Positions 49,301 through 57,608 of a stretch of 64,000 nt of DNA are shown here, piece by piece. Position 1 is the first letter of the stretch. The number at the start of each line of letters is the position of its first letter. The notes beneath the pieces are model-generated. The model had not been told where the DNA came from and ran no database searches. It saw only the letters and a program-made list of their open reading frames with translations. Made by a program: the position numbers and the translations under genes. Origin of the DNA: an uncultured Clostridia bacterium (lineage in GTDB: Bacteria; Bacillota; Clostridia; TANB77; CAG-508); NCBI GenBank assembly GCA_934140005.1, contig CAKPBB010000001.1, positions 159,147 to 223,146 on the forward strand, in the 5' to 3' direction.

Positions 49301-50539
49301 GATATTGGCTTGGAAGAAAGAGCAAGCACAGAGATTAAGTTAGATAAAGAAATTGAAAATATTACTTTAACAAATAATACAGGATCTGTTATATTAAAAG
49401 CTGATTATGATATTACTTATACACCAAAATATAATGCAAGAACAGGCAGAACAGATGTTAAAACAGATGTTAAACTAAATGAATCTACTTCAATGGGAAC
49501 TGATTATTTACAAGCATTAAATAAAAATGAAGAAGCTGGATTACAAAACTTTAGATATATTTTCTATGACAATTCAATAGCACAATCATTAACTTTAAAT
49601 GTAACTTATAGATTTACAGTATTGAATTTAGGAGAAACAGATAGAATTGGATTACTTGCAAATGAAAGATTTGATGTGCCAAGTGAAATACTTGCAGAAG
49701 TTGCAAAACTTTCAGAATCAGATTATTCTTACAATACAAGAACAAAGACATTTACAAAAACAGCAAATGCAGATGGCAATGTATATGCAGATACTTATGG
49801 CAAGTATTTAGGAAGCATTTACTATGAAGGTTCTTATGCACAAGCTAACTTAGATAATATAGTAACTACAAAGATTGATACTTTAATAGACTATGTTGAT
49901 AATAACGCAGTATTTAAAGCAGAAGAAAATACAGCATTAAATAATAGCTGGAGAGTTGTAACAATTGAAGAATTATCAAATGAAGATATAATAGATAAAA
50001 ATATTATTCAAGATTATGATGGAGTTCAAAACATTGTAGACTCAAAAGGTGTTATGTATGAGACATCAGAAAGAAATAATATAATTCTTAGTGTAGAAAA
50101 TAATGATGCAAACGCAACTGAAATGTCAAATAAAGACTTTACTATCAGATTAGTTCCTTATGGTGCTACTTTGAATAATAGTGATTTGACTTATGGATAT
50201 ACAACATATATGAATATGAATATGACAAGATCTATAGATGCAGAAATAAATGACTCAGACGCATCATTTGATAATATCGCAGAAATTGTTAAATTAGAAA
50301 ATACAGCAGGTAGAAGAGATGTAACAACAATTGCAGGTAATGCAAATCCAAAACTTGGTGAGTTTGCAGTATCTTTAACAGAAAGAGACTCAAGTGCAAC
50401 AGAGTTAATTACATTTACACCACCTACTGGTATGAATGCAAGAACAATCTTAACACTTCAAATCGCATTAGCAACTGTAGCTGGATTAGCAATAGTTGCA
50501 ATAGGAATTGTAGTTATTAAGAAAAAAATTCTAAAATAA
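43328..50539 (+). CDS. Giant secreted adhesin 4 (~2403 aa), paralogue of protein 2. TED-like N-terminus, six tandem CnaB-like repeats, TPPTG + TM + basic tail.
   Basis: Likely start ATG 43328 after GAGGTGG. Cys71 in DILCSKHGEHL and Gln167 in TNVQIAWWN. Repeats G(Y/K)I(E/V)ITKK...(W/T)KG..AP.Y.VEE.EIPE...VTAIND. C-terminus ...FTPPTGMNAR...LAIVAIGIVVIKKKILK collinear with protein 2. Confidence 0.8.
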   Translation: MKNLKNKTILYVALVFLIVLGTIFGLATYVSAEIDVSQSQLESKGQGSPAPGYVTLKDLRSRYDILCSKHGEHLPSYNNTLLITERGMLSEGYLKQTDIGKRDFYQVSASETENSPFKKGTYENQTYGYYKKKATYVAKPMEAYVLSEMVREKMATATDTNVQIAWWNTEAGMKGVLTAAPEALTLEARDFEAYIEKIAVSTNPSTFTLQDYEFQVNGVTYAGQIEAPVLKYEPSYNKDANQDGKEDRYDNVTVSWTGEKYRIGPFSVNYVESKSKHGDRDEVMFAGITNAKIYTDLGEVPEDKWSFVWLEGQRDANDTQKYPHANEVFYIEMDFIENAKYFKNLHFDFKYMNAGGKYDELEGKYFKAKWQAKSKALWCLLGNPFTSCTHGYITPHIMGWAYWVELTNLKEFDSQLLAYGIKGARWYKTAELDFNGETEIVENHKATIQIKKVVIDQEGNELTSLDDSIFTFKLYINNVLYDTLRLKANETVTKTIKWGANESNPSYRIEEVNVPSGYNVVNIENSSGVLSDGWFQNISVKAINRVDRHSGYINIQKKVLEVAENDETYKFNIYIDNVLNRQVSITIPAGQKENGITVGPFEWNGNDAPVYRVEETEIPENVTQFNMINEKGKLVEGTAGTPVIVTAINDNSETKQHKGYIEITKKITEVSLEDETYKFDVYINGEKYQTVEVLVSAGQTTSNPVVIGPITWKGTRAPSYEVREIEIPENVKQFNMVNASGTILDDATGQKVIVTAINDTSTETKEHKGKLVITKKVDGNASVNKKFKFKITIGNDVYYAEISKDISWTQTVKWKDGESAPTYKVEEIEIPEGYEQVSITNAEGTITEDQDVYVEAINKGDDTEYSGTIRVTKKVENSTDTNTKFKFKITIGDTTYTKELANGESWTENVKWIGKDNAPTYKVEEVEVPNGYTLIGIENSTGTLQENKTVVVKATNRNNDDRNRQAQITVRKEVQIDDKVRNDVVEGSFEFEVTIAGTFEMNGESIVNGSKTIKQSIRAGESFSTPTITWKGDNAPTYKVTETKMPDGWKLVDITNASGVLEDGVNIEAVCTNEFKITVEYELTMQMGGIVWHDKALNPDAKNTPDSVPNGKYDAGSEEGIEKAQVTIKRYLCDDNGNVISSTGNAKAWDADGNEISWPVYTDVDGTWNVAKVEITVTKAGESGRVRYGVEFGYDGQTYEPTQFLVTGNGNASAYKNASRIDRGNFFYDSMAIDNEAERAQFNSKFTNITGDEAITSDGKTTGYSTNALGARTATLNYVSTDSLNTMGTTKKESTLITTKDDHSIINDFLMKAETTTGGLTFPFDTAIHLESIDKKINELGATHIYHYSATYPYLLSINLGLVEREEAELAATKDVYSAAVVIDQKMLTYKYNQAVDFENVKYQDYLNLQVEITDADIEYELDLYKTDYYYRAKIYEENAEVAGALKKFYKSLGFTADNALDTEMNLDVYVTYKVSVYNDSPTYYASVNELVDYYDEDYELVNVEKKRYLQEANGVAVNQVTTIAETPYYKVAKQQVNGNNVSWETTNDNQNPVVWENAGTVHGSDGITYNKIKTSSIRDEILATGERIDLYLTFRVKTDETSADGVLNCVRLGRKANIAEISNYSTYNSNNRADVAGKVDKDSAPNNINITEFNEKSWYEDDTDSAPAITLTLYDTSREVNGIAWEDKEDVQIENGYGQTVGNGVYDPGEELIGNLTTELWEKVRVKKIDDNGNEVHDANGDIVYTEYDFLWPEDYEIQSGKTLKELTGFDSTIKTGVDGANKGRYNFTGVPTGNYVVRFVYGDSDETSDPANYDGDGIPAVYNGQDFKTTAYEVGFSNISDTNSDGYVDNEWHDLENEELANTRVSDARDSEIRRLEITAKSRILTNSNTTILNSANSRNADHTKLYEEYYMTADTAKINLNIENMISLKKQTVNVTNPSTGIMEEIAAGEEKQVGGITLNYTKGKVNLANGGNTSLDRLDFTYVVNNIDIGLEERASTEIKLDKEIENITLTNNTGSVILKADYDITYTPKYNARTGRTDVKTDVKLNESTSMGTDYLQALNKNEEAGLQNFRYIFYDNSIAQSLTLNVTYRFTVLNLGETDRIGLLANERFDVPSEILAEVAKLSESDYSYNTRTKTFTKTANADGNVYADTYGKYLGSIYYEGSYAQANLDNIVTTKIDTLIDYVDNNAVFKAEENTALNNSWRVVTIEELSNEDIIDKNIIQDYDGVQNIVDSKGVMYETSERNNIILSVENNDANATEMSNKDFTIRLVPYGATLNNSDLTYGYTTYMNMNMTRSIDAEINDSDASFDNIAEIVKLENTAGRRDVTTIAGNANPKLGEFAVSLTERDSSATELITFTPPTGMNARTILTLQIALATVAGLAIVAIGIVVIKKKILK

Positions 50540-50582
50540 TATAATACAAATTGAAATGTTTGTATGAAATAAAAAGACAAAA

Positions 50583-50610
50583 AACTTCACATTATGTGGA
50601 GTTTTTTGTT
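50583..50610 (+). terminator. Rho-independent terminator after giant gene 4
   Basis: CTTCACA-TTA-TGTGGAG hairpin (one G·U) followed by TTTTTTGTTTT. Confidence 0.5.
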
Positions 50611-50767
50611 TTAATCTATTGTCTTTTTAGAAAAATTATAATAAAATAAACTAAAATTATCACAAAATGTAGAAAACTTTTTTATTTTCATATTAAATAT
50701 GACAAATTTCAAAACAAATTAGATGTTTAATTAGATTAGTAAATAAAAAAGTAAGAGGTGGTTAAGG

Positions 50768-53185
50768 ATGTTTCAAAATGTTGTTGAAGAAGTAGAAAAT
50801 AAAAGTGGGGATAGCGAGAGAATTTTAAAGATTAAAGAGATTTTAAAAGGAATATTCAAGTATCAAAATATTTTCATTTACATATTGTCATTTTTTTTGT
50901 CAATGATAAGTTTCCAAGATGGTTTTGCACCATTTGGCATAATTATGCTTGCAGCATGTTTAAGTAGTACGATACCAGTTATAGGTGTTTTTTTAATTTC
51001 ATTATTTGGAACTTTAATGGGACAAGGTTTAAATGCAATGATAATATATTTCATTACATCTGCAATATATTTTTTATTAGTAGTGATATTTAAGCCTAAA
51101 GTTGCAACAGAAGAAAGAAATGAAGTGTTAAAAACTGGTAATAGACTATTTTGGGCATATTTTATTGTAAATATTATTTCAAAATACAATAGTACAAGTT
51201 CAATGCTAACTTATAATATATTTATGTCATTAGTTTATGCAGGTATTGTATATGTGTTTTATAAAATATTTGTAAATGGATTAATTGTTTTAAAAGATTT
51301 TAAAATAAAAGATGCTTTTACAATAGAAGAAGTAGTGGGGGCAAGTATTATTGTTTCAATAGCAGCTACTGCAATTAATGGAGGAGAGGCTCTTAATTTA
51401 AACTTAAGCTATATACTAGCATGTTTTATGATAATGCTATTAAGTTTTGAAAATGGTTTACTTACTGGAATGGCAACAGGGCTTTCACTTGGTCTAGTTT
51501 TCTTAATGCTTGGTGTTGGAAATATACAATTACTTGTTATTCTTACTTTTGCGGGAATTTTAAGTGGTTTATTAAATAAATTTGGCAAAATAGGAACAAT
51601 AATTGGTTTTTTATTAGGAAATATGATGTTAACATATTTATACAAACTAGATATGTTTTCTATAATAAGTTATCAAAGCTTGATTGCATCTGCAATTTTG
51701 ATGCTAATAGTTCCTAAAAGAGTTAAAATACAAATAGAAGATTTAGTAGGAAAGAGCAAGCTATTATCTAATCTAGGAGAAAATAGATTAACAGAAAATA
51801 GTGATATTGCAGATAAATTAAGTACATTGTCAAGTACAATTATTGAAAATACAAAAGAAGTAGAAGAAAAAATTGATAATATTAGTAACGAATTTATACA
51901 AGCTTTTTTAGATAATCTTGAAGGATACGAAAACAATATATTATATGATGAAATTGCTAATAATGAAGAGATTGCTAAAGACGTATTTGAATGTATACAA
52001 GAAAAAGAAATTGTTGTTGAAAATGATTTAATTGAAATATTAGAAAAACATAATAATTACATATTTATGCAAGATGAGGCAGTAAAAAATGACTTACAAG
52101 AAATTATAAAAATTATAAATAGAACATATAAAATGGTTCAAATAGAATTAACTAAAAAAACTGAAAAAATAAAGCAACAAAAAATTTTGAAACAAAGTTT
52201 GCAAAGTGTTTCTAAAGTAATTGAGAATTGTGCAAATGAAATTAGAGAAAATAAAGAAAGTAGATTTGTAGACTTAGAAAAAGAAATAAAAATTGTATTA
52301 GAAAGTAAAAATATAAAAATATTTGATGTTCAAGTGAAACAAGCAAAAAATAAGAAATATATTATTTTACTTAATTTAGATATTAATGTATCTGAAAATT
52401 TAAGAGATAAAGCAAAAATAAATAATATTTCAGATATCCTTTCAAAAATTGTAAAGTGTAAAATTACATTCCAAAAGGATTATAAAAGCTTAGAAAAAAA
52501 TGAATATATTCAAACATATTCTTCTGAAGACAAATTCATAATGCAAGTTGGAACAGCTAAAATATCAGAAGAAAACAGTAAGATGTCAGGAGATTGTAAT
52601 TTACAAATAAGAATTAATGATGGTAAATATGTTTTGGCAATTTGTGATGGAATGGGAACTGGGGAAAATGCTAGGGAAAAAAGTAAAACAGCAATTACAA
52701 CATTGAAAAATTTACTAGAAAAAGGTTTTGAAAAAGAGGAAAGTGTTTCTCTGATAAATAGTATGCTAAATCAGAATAATTCAACTGATACATATACCAG
52801 TATGGATATTGCAGTTTTAGATTTATTTACAGGAAATGCCGAATTTATGAAGAATGGTGCTTGTAATACATATATAAAAAATAAAAAGAATATTAAGATT
52901 ATAAGTTCAACACAAAGTCCAATTGGAATTTTAGAAAAAGTCGAATTAATCCAAAATGAAATACAGGTAAATGATGGAGATATTATTTTAATGTGTAGTG
53001 ATGGTGTATTAGACGCAAAGGAAAACTACAATAAAGATTGGATAGAAGATTTCTTAAAAAATATTAGTACAAATAATGTACAAAAAATGGCGGATATGAT
53101 TCTAGCAGAAGCAATAGATAATAGCTACGGTATAGCAAATGATGATATGACTGTTATTGTAGCAAAAATAGTAAAGAAAAAATAA
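50768..53185 (+). CDS. spoIIE: Stage II sporulation protein E (SpoIIE): polytopic membrane domain plus PP2C-type phosphatase
   Basis: ~10 N-terminal TM helices. C-terminal PP2C motifs LAICDGMGTGENAREKS ... ILMCSDGVLD ... NDDMTVIVAKI. Confidence 0.9.
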   Translation: MFQNVVEEVENKSGDSERILKIKEILKGIFKYQNIFIYILSFFLSMISFQDGFAPFGIIMLAACLSSTIPVIGVFLISLFGTLMGQGLNAMIIYFITSAIYFLLVVIFKPKVATEERNEVLKTGNRLFWAYFIVNIISKYNSTSSMLTYNIFMSLVYAGIVYVFYKIFVNGLIVLKDFKIKDAFTIEEVVGASIIVSIAATAINGGEALNLNLSYILACFMIMLLSFENGLLTGMATGLSLGLVFLMLGVGNIQLLVILTFAGILSGLLNKFGKIGTIIGFLLGNMMLTYLYKLDMFSIISYQSLIASAILMLIVPKRVKIQIEDLVGKSKLLSNLGENRLTENSDIADKLSTLSSTIIENTKEVEEKIDNISNEFIQAFLDNLEGYENNILYDEIANNEEIAKDVFECIQEKEIVVENDLIEILEKHNNYIFMQDEAVKNDLQEIIKIINRTYKMVQIELTKKTEKIKQQKILKQSLQSVSKVIENCANEIRENKESRFVDLEKEIKIVLESKNIKIFDVQVKQAKNKKYIILLNLDINVSENLRDKAKINNISDILSKIVKCKITFQKDYKSLEKNEYIQTYSSEDKFIMQVGTAKISEENSKMSGDCNLQIRINDGKYVLAICDGMGTGENAREKSKTAITTLKNLLEKGFEKEESVSLINSMLNQNNSTDTYTSMDIAVLDLFTGNAEFMKNGACNTYIKNKKNIKIISSTQSPIGILEKVELIQNEIQVNDGDIILMCSDGVLDAKENYNKDWIEDFLKNISTNNVQKMADMILAEAIDNSYGIANDDMTVIVAKIVKKK

Positions 53186-53343
53186 AAAGTTTAATGGATT
53201 AGAAAATATATTGTTTTTATACATTGTATAGAAATGATATATTTTTTTACTTATTTTTAGTTTTAATTGTAAAATAGTTGTTTTTCTAAAGCAAAATGTG
53301 ATATATTATAAAAGGATTATTAACAAATTATTTGGAGGTATCA

Positions 53344-54858
53344 ATGAGTAGAGGAAAAAGATATGATAATGAACCAAAACTAAATATGAAAAAAGTAATA
53401 GCTACAATAATTGCATTTATTGTTTTCATTATGTTTATACTATCATTGAAGAATTTGTTAACTAAAGAAGAGAAACCAAAAGATGTAGTAAATGTAGAAA
53501 AATATTTTTCAGCTGTTCAAGATGGAAAATGGGGTGTAATAAATAGTAAAGGAAAAGAAATTGTTCCTTTAAGTAATGACGAAATGGTAACAATACCAAA
53601 TAGTGCTAAAGATATATTTATAATTGTAAAAGATGCAAATTATGCAGATGGCAATTATTCAACAAAGGTTGTTAATAAAGAAAATAAGGAAATTCTAGCT
53701 GATTATGAACATGTTGAAGCAATTCAAAATAGTTCAAATTCTAAAATTTGGTATGAAGATGATGTACTAACATATATGCAAGATGGAAAATATGGATTAA
53801 TAGATTTTAATGGTAAGAAATTATTAGATGCTGAATATGATAAAATTTATGCTTTACCAGGAATTGAAAAAAGTGTAGTAATTGAAAAAGACGGAAAAGT
53901 AGGACTTGTAACTATAGGAAAAATTCTATTAGCTCCAGAATATTTAGAGATTAAAAGCTTAAATAAAACTGATTCATCATTAGGATACATTGTAAAAGAT
54001 TCAAATAATAAATATGGTGTAATAGATGGAACTAAAAAACAAATATTAGAATGTAAATATGATGATATAGAGCAAGTTTCAGGAAACAATTTATATGTAG
54101 TTAAAGAAGATGGAAAATTTAAAGTAATAGATATTGATGGAAATACAAAATTTGATAATGATTATGATGAGATATTAAACATTAATGGAGATAATATAAT
54201 TGTAAAAAAAGATGGAAAATGTGGAGTAGTAGATTCAAATGGTGATGAAAAAGTTCCTACGGAATATGATACTTTAACAGTTGCTTTTGATAAAAATTAT
54301 ATTGCTTCAGAAAATGGAAAATTCGGAATAGTAAATTTATCTAATGAAAAAGTAGTAGATTTTAAATATATAAATATGTATTATCGTCCAGAAGCAAATT
54401 TTGTTGAAGCTGAAAAAGAAAGTTATAAAACAGACATAATTAACAACAATTATGATGTTGTGTTAGAAGATGTAATTATTTCAGATGTTAATACAGAAAA
54501 AGGATATATTAGAGTTAGAAAAGATGACCAATATAAATATTATAATTTTAAATTTGAAGAGAAAAAATCACAAGACATTTTAACAGCTAATACACTTTTC
54601 TTAGTAAAAAAAGATGGAAAATATGGATATCAAAATAAAAGTGGAGCTTTAGTTGTTGATTGTATTTATGATGATGCAAGAGAACAAAACGAATTTGGTT
54701 TCTGTGCTGTGAAAAAGGATGGAGTATGGGGTTCTTTAAAGTCAGATGGAACAGTTATAGTAAAACCAAGTATAAATTTAGATAGTAATTTATATGTAGA
54801 CTTTATAAGCGAATGGCATTTATATGAGGACATTTCATTAAATACATACACAAAATAA
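53344..54858 (+). CDS. WG-repeat (KWG-like) beta-propeller protein with N-terminal membrane anchor
   Basis: Start ATG 53344 after GGAGG. Repeated DGK(W/Y)G(V/L)I(D/N)xxGKxxxxxxYD units number 10 or more. Confidence 0.7.
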   Translation: MSRGKRYDNEPKLNMKKVIATIIAFIVFIMFILSLKNLLTKEEKPKDVVNVEKYFSAVQDGKWGVINSKGKEIVPLSNDEMVTIPNSAKDIFIIVKDANYADGNYSTKVVNKENKEILADYEHVEAIQNSSNSKIWYEDDVLTYMQDGKYGLIDFNGKKLLDAEYDKIYALPGIEKSVVIEKDGKVGLVTIGKILLAPEYLEIKSLNKTDSSLGYIVKDSNNKYGVIDGTKKQILECKYDDIEQVSGNNLYVVKEDGKFKVIDIDGNTKFDNDYDEILNINGDNIIVKKDGKCGVVDSNGDEKVPTEYDTLTVAFDKNYIASENGKFGIVNLSNEKVVDFKYINMYYRPEANFVEAEKESYKTDIINNNYDVVLEDVIISDVNTEKGYIRVRKDDQYKYYNFKFEEKKSQDILTANTLFLVKKDGKYGYQNKSGALVVDCIYDDAREQNEFGFCAVKKDGVWGSLKSDGTVIVKPSINLDSNLYVDFISEWHLYEDISLNTYTK

Positions 54859-54881
54859 CCAAAGAAAAAGAGGGAGTATAG

Positions 54882-56138
54882 GTGGAACTAAAGACAAAAT
54901 ATCAATATACTAATTTTATCTATCCATATGTGATAGATGAAAATAAATATGACAAATATATATTGAGATTATTGAAGGATAAAAATTGTAAATTAAAGTT
55001 ATTTGAAAAAGAAAAGGATTTAGATATATATAATTTTTTCTTGCCACATATTAGAAATTATTTATTTCCAACGTTTGAATTTAGAAATGAAATTCTTAGG
55101 GAATTCAATAGTTTATCAAATGATGCAAAAAGTAAAATAATTTCAAAACATAATATGACTTGTTTTGAATATTATCTTGATGAAAATGTACAAGGAAAAA
55201 TAGGCGAAGGAGATGGCATATTTTTTGATATTGGAAAGATTGAAATAATATGTTTCAAAACAGGAATTTGCTTTTTAACATTAAAAACACATATTGATGG
55301 AACATCTTCTTTTTCAGATATACTTGACTTTAATTATAGATTTAAAACAATTTGTTCAGAGTTTTCAAATTTAAGAGATTATGAGAATATAAAAATACAA
55401 ACTAATTCATTTAAAGACATTAAAGACATCAAAGAATTTACTCAAATGATTACAGGCGTAAATAAAAAGAAAAGTCTTTTTGAAGAAACACTAGAGGAGG
55501 CTCAGTTTTATAATTATTCTTATGTATGTATAGAGAATGACAAATGGAATGAAAAAAATGATTTTTCTATGATTGATAATGATTTTTTCAAATATGCTAA
55601 TGTACTTCCAAGCAATTATGCATCTGATTTTGATAAACAAAATATAGAACAGAATTTACATATTATAGAAAAATTAAAATATTCAAAAACTGCAGTTACT
55701 AAAACAAATTGTAATTTATTTTGCTCTGGTATAGATACATATAATTATACGAAATTGCCATATGAATATGAAAACCAATATTTTTATACATATATAGTAG
55801 CTTTATATAAAAAATTGTTTTTGAAAAGAATGAACACACAATTTAAAGACTATGAGAAAATTTCAAAAATGAGAGCGAAATTTATAAATTTTACTAGAGA
55901 GTTCTGGGAAAAAGAGATTACAATTGATGATACTGGAACTTTGTTTTACAAAACAGTTGAAAAAACACTTGAATTAGATGATTTATATGAAGAAATAAAA
56001 GCAAAATATGAAATAATATATAAAGATCTAAATATTGAAAAAAATAATGTATATTATTCAATAATTGTTATTTTATTAATATTTTCCTTGATTTTTAATA
56101 CTATAAATATTTTGTTCTTAATGTATTTATTAGGTTAG
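54882..56138 (+). CDS. Hypothetical protein with C-terminal TM anchor
   Basis: GTG start after AGAGGGAG. No recognisable motifs. C-terminal hydrophobic helix YYSIIVILLIFSLIFNTINILFLMYLL. Confidence 0.5.
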   Translation: MELKTKYQYTNFIYPYVIDENKYDKYILRLLKDKNCKLKLFEKEKDLDIYNFFLPHIRNYLFPTFEFRNEILREFNSLSNDAKSKIISKHNMTCFEYYLDENVQGKIGEGDGIFFDIGKIEIICFKTGICFLTLKTHIDGTSSFSDILDFNYRFKTICSEFSNLRDYENIKIQTNSFKDIKDIKEFTQMITGVNKKKSLFEETLEEAQFYNYSYVCIENDKWNEKNDFSMIDNDFFKYANVLPSNYASDFDKQNIEQNLHIIEKLKYSKTAVTKTNCNLFCSGIDTYNYTKLPYEYENQYFYTYIVALYKKLFLKRMNTQFKDYEKISKMRAKFINFTREFWEKEITIDDTGTLFYKTVEKTLELDDLYEEIKAKYEIIYKDLNIEKNNVYYSIIVILLIFSLIFNTINILFLMYLLG

Positions 56139-56147
56139 GAATTTAAA

Positions 56148-56513
56148 ATGAAAATTACTTGTGGTACAGATATTATTGAGATTGAAAGAATAAAACATGC
56201 AATAGATAGTTTGCAAAATAAATTTCTGCAAAAGATTTTTACAGAAAAAGAAATTGAATATTGTGAAAAACATGGCACACAAAAGTATGAACACTATGCT
56301 GCTAGATTTGCAGCTAAAGAGGCTATTTTTAAAGCAATTAGTAAAAAAACCAAAAGTATCAATTGGAATAAATTTGAGATTGTAAATTCAGAAAGTGGTA
56401 GACCAGTTGTTAATTTATTAGAAGATATTGCTAATTTACAAAGTATAGATGTAAGCATATCACACTGTAAAGCTTACGCATGTGCGAATGTTGTGGCAAT
56501 ATTTAAAGATTAA
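56148..56513 (+). CDS. acpS: Holo-[acyl-carrier-protein] synthase (4'-phosphopantetheinyl transferase)
   Basis: ITCGTDIIEIERI... and ...ISHCKAYACANVVA is the AcpS fold signature. 121 aa. Confidence 0.85.
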   Translation: MKITCGTDIIEIERIKHAIDSLQNKFLQKIFTEKEIEYCEKHGTQKYEHYAARFAAKEAIFKAISKKTKSINWNKFEIVNSESGRPVVNLLEDIANLQSIDVSISHCKAYACANVVAIFKD

Positions 56514-56536
56514 ATATACTAGATAGGAGTTTTAAA

Positions 56537-57301
56537 GTGGAATTTTTTGATTCACATGCTCATTATAATGATGAAAAGTTTTTGAAAGATAAAGCTCAGA
56601 TATTAGACGAGATATATAAATCAAATGTGACTAACTTAACATGTGTTGGATATAATATAAAATCTAGTTTTGATGCAATTGAAATTGCCCAAAAATATAA
56701 TTGGATATATGCTACTTGTGGAATTTCACCGAATGATACTGCTGATTTTGATAAAATTGATGAATTAGAAAAGATTGCTACTTCATCAAAAATAGTGGCA
56801 ATAGGTGAGATAGGATTAGATTATTATTGGAACAAAGAAAATAAAATAGAACAGAAACAGGCTTTCATTAAGCAAATTGAGATAGCCAATAAATATAATT
56901 TACCAATTGTTATTCATACAAGAGATGCATTTATTGATACAATTGATATTTTAAAAAATAATGAAGTAAAGAATAAAGGAATATTTCATTGTTGCCCATT
57001 AAATCAAGAACTAATAAAAGAAGGTTTAAAATTAGGATTCTATATATCATTTAGTGGAAATATAACATTTAAGAATGCAAAATCAGCAGATTGTATTAAT
57101 CTAGTCCCATTAGATAGAATATTGATAGAAACTGATTCACCATATTTAACACCAGAACCTTATAGAGGTACTAGAAATGACTCAAGATATGTAAAACTAG
57201 TTGCTCAAAAGATTGCAGATGTAAAAGGAATACATATTGAAGAAATAGCTGAAAGAACATCTGAAAATGCAAAAAGGATATTTAAAATTTTAGAAAATTA
57301 A
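56537..57301 (+). CDS. tatD: TatD-family metal-dependent hydrolase (DNase)
   Basis: FFDSHAHYN, IGEIGLDYYW, VIHTRDA, ETDSPYL. Confidence 0.85.
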   Translation: MEFFDSHAHYNDEKFLKDKAQILDEIYKSNVTNLTCVGYNIKSSFDAIEIAQKYNWIYATCGISPNDTADFDKIDELEKIATSSKIVAIGEIGLDYYWNKENKIEQKQAFIKQIEIANKYNLPIVIHTRDAFIDTIDILKNNEVKNKGIFHCCPLNQELIKEGLKLGFYISFSGNITFKNAKSADCINLVPLDRILIETDSPYLTPEPYRGTRNDSRYVKLVAQKIADVKGIHIEEIAERTSENAKRIFKILEN

Positions 57302-57311
57302 ACAGATAAAA

Positions 57312-57349
57312 GTACTATACTAGATATAAATTTAGTATAGTATTTTTTT
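57312..57349 (+). terminator. Rho-independent terminator after tatD
   Basis: ACTATACTA / TAGTATAGT stem followed by TTTTTTT. Confidence 0.55.
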
Positions 57350-57608
57350 GTCGTAATTTATACACAATTTATTAATAAAATGTGGAAAAGAGTATAATAA
57401 AAAATCCACGAATAGCCTTATTTCGTAAGAAAAGTGGAAAAAAAGCCTAAAAATGTAATTAAAACTTAATAAATTTAGATGCAAACTGTACAAAAGAACT
57501 TCCGTAGGCAAAAAAGAAATACTTTCCACAAATGGGAAAAAAGACATATTGCAAAAAAAATCAAAGATGCTATCATATAGTTAACGAAAAAACAGGAGGG
57601 AGTAATTT

